In this document: positions 56,310 to 64,000 of the stretch, piece by piece
How positions within the stretch are numbered: position 1 is the stretch's first letter
Layout: each line of letters opens with the position of its first letter
Source of the DNA: Salisapilia sapeloensis CBS 127946
Lineage: Eukaryota > Protista > Oomycota
Length of the DNA stretch: 64,000 nt
Direction: 5' to 3'
NCBI GenBank assembly: GCA_023334545.1
Contig: JAADVB010000073.1
Span: 8,327 to 72,326 of the forward strand
Translations under genes and position numbers: made by a program
The notes under the pieces: model-generated
What the model saw: the letters and a program-made list of their open reading frames with translations, nothing else
What the model was told of the DNA's origin: nothing
The model's database searches: none

Positions 56310-57155
56310 ATGGTACTGTCCAAGCCTTCCGTCGCGGTCGTCGGCGCATGTGCTGGTGTTGCAGTCACTCTAACGCTCACTTACGCGCTGAATGCTTACG
56401 GTAACTCTGGTCGAGATCTACGAGGCCGGAACGGCAAAGGAAAGGTCTACCTCATTGGAGCTGGTCCAGGAGACGTGGAGCTACTAACGATTCGAGCTCG
56501 TCGAGTGCTGTCCGCAGCTTCTGTCGCTGTTCTCGATGACCTCGTTAGTGAAGAGATGTACAGCTTATTGCCGTGGAACTGTGAAAAGATCTACGTGGGT
56601 AAACGTGGTGGAAAAAAGGACTCAACGCCGCAGACTACCATTGACGAGATTCTCGTGAAGAAATGCAAACAAGGCCACACGGTCGCTCGTGTTAAAGGTG
56701 GAGACCCGCTCATCTTTGCTCGAGTCAATTCTGAACTACAGGCTCTACAGGACAGCAGTTGTGAGTACGAACTGGTACCCGGCATCTCGTCGACATTGGC
56801 TGCTCCGGCCGTCGCTGGCATCCCTTTGACGCACAAGGAGCTCGGTCGACATGTCCTACTAGTGTCTGGGCATAATCCTGGTCAGTTGGACTTTGATGCA
56901 TTGGCTCGAATCGATACGTTGGTGATTTTGATGGCGACAAGGACGCTCAAAGTCATTTGCGAAGAGCTCATGGTGTATGGTCGTTCGCCATCGACACCTG
57001 CGGCCTTGATCCACAATGCCACACTGCCGAACCAAGTCATTCTCAAGGGCACGTTGGGCGACTTGTACACTCGCGTCGGGTCTCGCAAGTTCTCTCCGGC
57101 AATCGTTGTCATTGGAGATGTTGTTCAATTCGCGGATGAAACACGCGAGTCGTAG
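56310..57155 (+). CDS. cobA: Uroporphyrinogen-III C-methyltransferase (SUMT; CobA/Met1/UPM1 domain) with hydrophobic N-terminus
   Basis: GKVYLIGAGPGDVELLT; LDDLV; YVGKRGG; ARVKGGDPLIFAR; VPGISS; AGIPLTH; LMAT; PAIVVIGDVV. Confidence 0.93.
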   Translation: MVLSKPSVAVVGACAGVAVTLTLTYALNAYGNSGRDLRGRNGKGKVYLIGAGPGDVELLTIRARRVLSAASVAVLDDLVSEEMYSLLPWNCEKIYVGKRGGKKDSTPQTTIDEILVKKCKQGHTVARVKGGDPLIFARVNSELQALQDSSCEYELVPGISSTLAAPAVAGIPLTHKELGRHVLLVSGHNPGQLDFDALARIDTLVILMATRTLKVICEELMVYGRSPSTPAALIHNATLPNQVILKGTLGDLYTRVGSRKFSPAIVVIGDVVQFADETRES

Positions 57156-57200
57156 CAAGTGAACGAACGCATATGAGAAAATAAAGCGATATTTTTTCAT

Positions 57201-58298
57201 TTAGAATCGAATGATGTTGAGTAACTCGACTTCGTACACGAGGTCGGTGTTGGGGGGCACCACTTCTCCATGGCCCTTGTCTCCGTACGCTTTGTGCGCG
57301 GGGATGTCCAGACGAGCCTTCATGCCCTTGCTCATCTGCATCAGCCCTTCGTCCAGACCTGCAATTACCTGCTTCTTTCCCAATTGGAAACGGTACGGCT
57401 GCTTCACATTCCAATCGCTCGAGTCTAGCACCTTCATCGTCTTGGCGTCCTTGACTTCATACTTGATCTCGACGACGTTTCCGTAGCGAGGGTAATTTAC
57501 ACGATCTCCTGGAGACACTTCCTGAGCCTTTACGAGGCGTTGGTCCGATGGTACATCTGCAACGTCGTCGACACGATCGACACGGTCGACGACCTTAAAG
57601 TTTGCATACACCGTCTTCCCTGCGTGTGGGTGGGATGCGTCAACTTCGACCGAGTCATCGTCAACACGAAGGACGCGAGCGTGTTGGTCTTTTGGCATCT
57701 GCAGCCACTGGCCTGCAGACGGGTGCTGGCTGCTGTCATAAATACGGTAAGATTCATCCGACACACTCAGAATGTGTGCGGTTTCGCCCTTGGGCATACG
57801 GATCACATCTCCTTCTTTGAGGTTTTTCTTATCCTCATCGCTCAAATGGAGCTCTTCCTTTGGCACATTATAGCTCTTTTTTACTACACCAAACGCTTTC
57901 TCTGGTTCGATGATGACGTCTGACTTGCCTTCACCGACCTTTAATCCCACGACCATCTCATCAATGCCTCGAATGACGTTTCCGGTGCCAGCAACAAAGG
58001 TGAATGGGTCCTTAGCTTCGGCCTTGACGAACTGTTCGCCGGTTTCGAACGTGGCATCCACTGCAATGGACACTTGGTCACCAATATCAATGGCATTCGT
58101 GTCTGCACTTGCCGTTTCGCTCGTTTCCGCAACGGCCGAGTACAGTCGTGTGTGCGTGGGAAGTTGAAGCGTGCTTTGCGGAGCTAGTGAAACGTGCTGA
58201 AGGCTTTTCAGAGCAAACGGGCGAGCGGCGTTGGCGACGTGGGTAGAACGCGTCGTCGCTCGGTGCAATCGGCGGGTAACGTTACGTGCGGTTCTCAT
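57201..58298 (-). CDS. Two-domain SlyD-like + FKBP12-like PPIase, probable mitochondrial presequence (paralog 2)
   Basis: Arg-rich presequence; PFTFVAGTGNVIRGIDE...IEPEKAFG...DASHPHAGKTV; second domain VLDSS...YRFQLGKKQVIAGLDEG...AYG...PPNTDLVYEVELL. Confidence 0.9.
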   Translation of the reverse strand: MRTARNVTRRLHRATTRSTHVANAARPFALKSLQHVSLAPQSTLQLPTHTRLYSAVAETSETASADTNAIDIGDQVSIAVDATFETGEQFVKAEAKDPFTFVAGTGNVIRGIDEMVVGLKVGEGKSDVIIEPEKAFGVVKKSYNVPKEELHLSDEDKKNLKEGDVIRMPKGETAHILSVSDESYRIYDSSQHPSAGQWLQMPKDQHARVLRVDDDSVEVDASHPHAGKTVYANFKVVDRVDRVDDVADVPSDQRLVKAQEVSPGDRVNYPRYGNVVEIKYEVKDAKTMKVLDSSDWNVKQPYRFQLGKKQVIAGLDEGLMQMSKGMKARLDIPAHKAYGDKGHGEVVPPNTDLVYEVELLNIIRF

Positions 58299-58553
58299 GA
58301 GGGTTAATGCGCTTTACAAGGGGAAAACGAAAATGAGGCTTTCCGAAGCCTTCGCTGTGATCTTTTCGATCCTTCAATCTGGACACCGAAATTTTTTCGA
58401 AAAAAACTGAAGGCAGCTTCAACATAAAGTAGTAATACGGATACAACTACTTTATAATGTTGTCTAGGCGCATGGGGATGTGCGATTGCTGTAGGAAACG
58501 CTTGTACGTGGGTATGTACTTGGCTTTAAAAGCGGTGTATTACATCATGTGCT

Positions 58554-58915
58554 TTAAAAGTTATCCTTGCTCCAGTTTTCAAACCCAAGGTCGTTCCACT
58601 GATCTTTCTTCTTTTCACCTGTGAGAGCTGGATGCGTTGGCACGGGTCGTTCGCCTCGGTTAATGACAATCTCGTGCTCCCGTGGCACCTCGATTTCTAG
58701 TTTTGTAGAGTAGGCTAAGTAGAACTTGCGCCGTTTGATGCAAAATACACACCTTCATCCGACAGAACGTCTTCGCGCCATTCGTCGTCGACAATATCAA
58801 TGTAGCGACGATGTGGGAACGGTAGCGGCACACGGGTATCCTGTAATGCATAAAATAGTCTTAATTAATCTGCATATCCGTCTTAATGCCTCTTCCTTTA
58901 GTGCAACTTTACCAT
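58554..58915 (-). CDS. APC13: Anaphase-promoting complex subunit 13 (77 aa; absent from the ORF track)
   Basis: Exons 58915-58913 (ATG only), 58840-58753 and 58696-58554 with GT-AG introns. The product is MDTRVPLPFPHRRYIDIVDDEWREDVLSDEEIEVP...KKKDQWNDLGF..., matching the APC13 pattern (ILDLIDDAWREDKL...V.IP...KWTDLAL). Confidence 0.85.
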
Positions 58916-58961
58916 GCTGCTTATTACGTTTTTGAAAACAGAACTTGACAACATACAAAAA

Positions 58962-59660
58962 ATGAGTGAAGCTACAGGACCATCAAGAGCTCCTCGACGC
59001 CGCCGGCAGAAAGTAAAAGGGCGAAAGGATGATCCTCGGGAAGTCCGTTTATCAAAGACACTAGCATACGCACTTCGGCATGGTGCAGAAGAGCTCCAAT
59101 TGACCATGCGTCCGTCTGGGTACGTTCGCCTGGACCAATTGCTTGCTCTGCCCCTCTTCCAAAGCTTTTCTCAGGAAGAAGTAGAAGAGGTCGTTGCAAC
59201 GAATACGAAGAAGCGATTTACGATTACAGCGGACGAAGAGACAGGAGACCATCTCTTTATTCGAGCTAATCAAGGTCATACGCTATCGGTAGTCGAGGAC
59301 GAAGAGCTGTTAGAACCATTGACTGAGCCGGACGCAATCGCTGACTGTGTCCATGGCACATACTTGTCGAAATGGGAAAGCATTTATGAGCACGGATTGA
59401 GTCGAATGACAAGAAATCACATCCATCTCGCACCATCTAGTGCATTGGGCGGAGATGTTGTGAGTGGCATGCGTTCCAACTGCAATTTGCTCCTGTATAT
59501 CGACTTTCCATCTGCTCTAAGCGATGGCATTCGGTTCTATCGGTCCAGCAACAATGTCGTTCTCACACCTGGTGAACGTGGTACGGGCGTACTCGACAGA
59601 AAGTATATCATCCGAGCTGTCAAGCTTCCGTCGAATGACCCTGTCTACGAACGAGAGTAG
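58962..59660 (+). CDS. TPT1: tRNA 2'-phosphotransferase (Tpt1/KptA)
   Basis: LSKTLAYALRHGA; KKRF; IRANQGHT; VHGT; GLSRMTRNHIHL; SGMR; FYRSSNNVVLT. Confidence 0.95.
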   Translation: MSEATGPSRAPRRRRQKVKGRKDDPREVRLSKTLAYALRHGAEELQLTMRPSGYVRLDQLLALPLFQSFSQEEVEEVVATNTKKRFTITADEETGDHLFIRANQGHTLSVVEDEELLEPLTEPDAIADCVHGTYLSKWESIYEHGLSRMTRNHIHLAPSSALGGDVVSGMRSNCNLLLYIDFPSALSDGIRFYRSSNNVVLTPGERGTGVLDRKYIIRAVKLPSNDPVYERE

Positions 59661-59893
59661 ATTCTAACAGTAACAAGTGATTCAATAGCTGTCTTCCGTT
59701 TTAAAGTGTGGATTTTATAGTTGAAGACAGGGGATAGTGATATCAGCGGCGTTGCTTTATATTCATAGCCTGTGCTTGACCTCGCTGACGTTTCGAAACC
59801 ACAGGATAGGAGATATATTTGTCTTGGAAACGTTTTTCGTGACAAGCGTGTGGGTTTCCAGTCGGACATATCACCGGAAGAGGGCGTAGTAGG

Positions 59894-62800
59894 ATGGGAA
59901 AAAAGGAGCGAACTACGCCTATCGTGCATGAAGATGGCTTCACAGTCAACGGATGCACCTTTACAGTCGATCCAAAGTATCAACCGATCGACGTAATCGG
60001 CCAAGGTTCCTATGGAGTCGTCTGCTCTGTGCTAAACACGCATACAAACGAAAAGTTAGCGATCAAAAAGATCACGCCTATGGCTGGAGATGAGTGGGAT
60101 GCCACGCATACGCTGCGTGAGATTCGTCTGATGCGATTCCTTGGCACACACGAGAATATAATTGCATTAAAAGACTTGAGTATGTGTCAGGAGAAGGATG
60201 AGCTGTACATGATGATGGAACTGGCGGATACAGACCTCCATCGACTAATCCAGAGTGCGTGTTCGTTGTCCGATGGCCATATCCGTGTCATCATGTATCA
60301 GCTCTTGTCTGGTGTGAAAGCAATGCACGACAATGGTGTGCTCCACCGTGACTTGAAGCCTGGCAACCTATTGCTGAACAAAGATTGTGAATTAAAGATC
60401 ACGGACTTTGGTCTAGCTAGAATGATTCCAAAGAATCAGGAGGGGGCGAAAGATGACTATGGTTTTGACGTCTCGCCGATGACAGAATATGTTGTAACCC
60501 GTTGGTATCGCCCACCGGAATTGATGCTTGCGCCAAGCGGATGCTACGATGGGGCCGTGGACATGTGGTCCGTCGGGTGCATTCTCGGTGAACTGATCAC
60601 GAGGAAACCAATCTTTCCTGGTAAAGACTTTATGGACCAACTTACTCGAGTGTTTCGACTTGTTCCGATACCTCCTCCCCATGAAAGAGGGTATGTGATC
60701 GAACGAGATGCCCGCAAATTTATATCATCGCTACCTGAAACGAATCCGAATGCAATGCTAAATTTGTGCAAACGATCTGGTCCACATACGCTAGACTTGA
60801 TGCAAAAGTTACTATGTTTCAATCCCACACAACGCATATCGGTCGATCAAGCCTTGGCACATCCATTTTTTGACGGCATCCAAGAAGAGTGGGGAGATAT
60901 TCTGCCGCTGGAGCTTAAGCAATCGCTTGCGTTTGCCTTTGATACACAATCGCTTCCGTTGTACACGCTGCGGAGTTTCATATGTGATGAAGTGCTTGCT
61001 TTCCAACAAAGTTCCGATGATGTACACAAAGATGAAAGCAAGCATGAGGAGCGATCCAATACGAAAGAGGAGCTCATGTTGACAAAGCCCACTGCATCGA
61101 GCAGTCAGCTTGATTCTAGTGGGAGTGATCTAAGTGTTGAATGCAAAGAGGAGGACGAAATTGAGATCATTCGTACAGAATATGATTATTCGCCAGGCCA
61201 TGGATTTGCTATTAAAGGCTGCGAGTTCAATGTATCTAGTAGATACCGGCCACTACAAGTACTTGGAGAAGGGTCTTACGGCATTGTTTGGTAGTATTTG
61301 TAGTTTATGCCGTCGTGTAAAGTGCCTGACATGAGTTGTTTTAGCTCTGCGAAAGACATTTTGTCCGGTGGAAAGGTAGCGATTAAGAAGTTGACTCCAA
61401 TGGCCGGCGACGACTGGGATGCTAAGCACACACTACGCGAAATACGATTGATGCGCTACTTCGGAAGCCATCCAAACGTAATACTCTATTACCTTTATTG
61501 GTAACCTTTGCGATAATGTTTGAAATAGATTGCTGGACTGCGGAACCTGAGCACATGTGTAGCTAAAGATGAGCTCTACATTACGATGGACCTCATCGAC
61601 ACTGATCTGCATAGACTCATCCAGAGTAAAACGAAGTTAGAAGACGCTCATATTGCGTATGGAGTTTTGCAATCAAAGCAACAGGTTTTGAGGCGCTAAT
61701 AGTTTTTATTGATAGGGCCATCATGTACCAGCTATTAAGCGCAGTCAAGGCATTGCATGAGAACGGAGTGTTGCATCGGGATTTAAAACCCGGCAATGTC
61801 CTTGTGAGTCGAAACTGCGATGTACATGTGACGGACTTTGGGCTTTCCAGATACAACCCGACGCTCAACACCGGTCGCCGACGTCGATCATGGAAGGAGG
61901 ATAATGAAATGGATGCAAAGCTTCATGGTGGTGCTATGACAGAGTATGTGGTAACGCGCTGGTATCGTCCGCCGGAAATTATGCTAGCACCGAATGGTGA
62001 TTACAACGATGCTGTTGATATGTGGTCAATCGGTTGCATCTTTGGTGAGCTACTAAACCGAAAGCCGATGTTTCCAGGTAAAGACTTTATGGACCAGATT
62101 TCGCGCATCTTCCGTGTTGTCGAATTACCACCGGAAGGAAAAAGAGGATACACTGTAGACGACACTGCCAAAGGCTTCCTAAAGAGCCTTCCTCTCTGCT
62201 CGCCATCTTCCTTGCGCAAAACGCTCACACGCGCGAGTACAGATGCAGTAGACTTAATGAAAGGATTATTGTGTGTGAGCCCGCAGAAACGTATGACTGC
62301 AAGCCAAGCGTTGGCACATCCTTATTTTGATTTGATGAGAAAGCAGCTTGGACAACCACCAGACTTTAGTGTTGGGAAAGCTTTTGATTTTGAATTTGAC
62401 TACAAGAACTTGTCATTGCAACAGCTAAAATCATTGATCAAAGATGAAGTTACGCTACTGCATGAAGAGGAAAAGCGAAAAGAAGCTGCCGTAGAGGCTT
62501 GTGTTACACTGAATGAAGAGAAAGAAGATGTCTGTGAGGGTAAAAGTATCGCTCGGGACAGCGAAGATCAGATGATAGAGCACCACAAGCCTCGGGCTGA
62601 AGAAAAAGAGAGCCTCAGTGACGAATTGGAAACCAAAGACCGTGCAGTAGAAGATGATATGAAAAGCGAAAATTCGGCAGCAAGCAGTAGTGATCTAAAA
62701 GAAGCGACAAACAATAGTTCTAAAAAAGATGCAAGCAAGTTATCAGCCTCCAGCTTTGATGCGATTCTAGATGCAATGGCAGCTTCTCACAACAAGCACT

Positions 62801-63777
62801 TATCCAGTCATGAGGCACAGGAAATCTATTTTTCAAATAAGGACAGACAGGAACAACTCAATGACCACGGAAGTGTTCCTGAATGCAACGACGGGTACGA
62901 TAGTGATGAAATCGTTGAAGAGATTCGTCGTCAGGCCAAAGCTCGAAGAGCTCTTGACACCAGAAAATATCAGCCCACTGAGAGGAAACACGAATTGCTG
63001 AGCAATAATGCTAGCGACCATGACCGTTGGGGTCACGTGCCAGCTCAGCGAGATGCGATTAAACACAATGTTCGCTCTACTAGTACACGAGCACAGAGAC
63101 ATTCACAGAAAGGAACTACTACAAATCAGACGAGACCATTGACGGAGCGATATGAGCCAAGTCGTTACTCTGCGCCGTCCGCAGCACCACATCGAACCAC
63201 TCGGTCACTTTCAGCAAGGACAAGTACAGAGCATGAAGAGTTAGATTCGGATGAAAAATCTTTGCCAACAGGCTGGGTCGTCAAAACTCATTCGAAGACA
63301 GGGGAGAAGTACTACTACGACACATTGACTAAAATAGCAACTTGGAGACATCCACTTGGAACTAGAAACCACCAAACGGCAAGTCAGATACCATCTCGCA
63401 CTCGGAGTACCGGAGTAAGCAGTACACTCTCATCAAACCAAAGTAGTGACTCCATGGAGACGTCAGCGTACAACAGTCACCCAGTTTCGCATGAACGTAT
63501 CAAAAGTGCATCATCGCTTCCAAAGGATTGGGTGCGGCGTACAGATCCAAAGACTGGTCGATTGTTCTACGTAAACCTCCTCACGAAGAAGTCGTATGCA
63601 ACCTTACCAAATCATGTGACAGCAGCGATGCTCCGTTTAGGTAAGGAAGACTCCACCGAAAGTCTTCAATCTCGACACAGATTAAATACTTCAAGAAAGA
63701 AGTTAACGGTTCCACAGAGTCCACACTTCTCGACGATGTCTTGGGAACGGAAGAAAAGGACAGGAACGAACAGCTAA
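59894..63777 (+). CDS. Tandem dual MAP-kinase-domain protein with two WW domains
   Basis: Kinase 1: GQGSYG, LAIKK, HRDLKPGN, DFG, MTEYVVTRWYRPPE. Kinase 2 (introns 61291-61344, 61478-61528, 61657-61715): GEGSYG, VAIKK, HRDLKPGN, DFG, MTEYVVTRWYRPPE. No stop codon lies between the domains. WW motifs LPTGW...KYYYD...TWRHP and LPKDW...LFYVN. Confidence 0.9.
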
Positions 63778-64000
63778 GTTAAGCTCCGTTCTAAGAATTG
63801 ACTTCAAATTAATAAATACTTTCTTTCATAAAAACTTCGACGGACTCATTTACCCGTCCTAGCCAGAATGATCGACAGCTATAGCGTTTTCGATCATCCC
63901 GTCGATACTCTGTTCGACTTGTGTAAGTTCCCGCGTCGTAGAGATAGCATGTAAGTGGAAAGTTGTCGGCTAGGTTTGCAATAAATAAAAAAATAGCCTC

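Noticed and set aside
58392-58405. 14-bp palindrome TTTTTTCGAAAAAA upstream of FKBP paralog 2, with TTCGAA also upstream of paralog 1
   Set aside because: It is low-complexity and short, so it cannot be distinguished from chance without a motif-enrichment test.
1537-58915. Functional cell-cycle cluster (two 3R-Mybs, DCC1, ECD, APC13)
   Set aside because: The genes are dispersed among unrelated housekeeping genes, and such co-occurrence is expected by chance in a gene-dense 64-kb window.

Overview
Eukaryotic, gene-dense genomic DNA with mostly short (about 35-110 nt) GT-AG introns. The gene set points to a compact-genome, zoospore-forming oomycete (stramenopile); this is inferred from the families present, not from a database match. 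About 30 protein-coding genes can be supported. They include two 3R-Myb paralogs, a bacterial-type glucokinase, a stand-alone MHYT membrane sensor, beta-adaptin, DCC1, C2CD5, two SlyD-like+FKBP12-like fusion PPIases, ecdysoneless, GUF1, AK6, a GRAB golgin, SUMT and Tpt1. A 77-aa APC13 gene missed by the ORF track is also present. Two stretches lack confident genes. One (about 10.9-16.8 kb) holds four tRNA-Phe(GAA) genes in mirror arrangement, a 155-bp inverted duplication and decayed copia-like fragments. The other (about 36.3-39.2 kb) holds a 193-bp tandem repeat. The most interesting items are: (1) a predicted ~1,530-aa MYCBPAP/ASH + poly-Glu + pseudo-phosphoglycerate-kinase fusion, probably ciliary; (2) a protein with two intact TEY MAP-kinase domains plus two WW domains and a TPX2-like motif; (3) a non-canonical aconitase-family large+small subunit fusion ending in an LSW tripeptide; (4) an intronless 834-aa orphan with a CorA-like layout. 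Splice models were derived by hand. No searches were run, so family names come from motif recognition.
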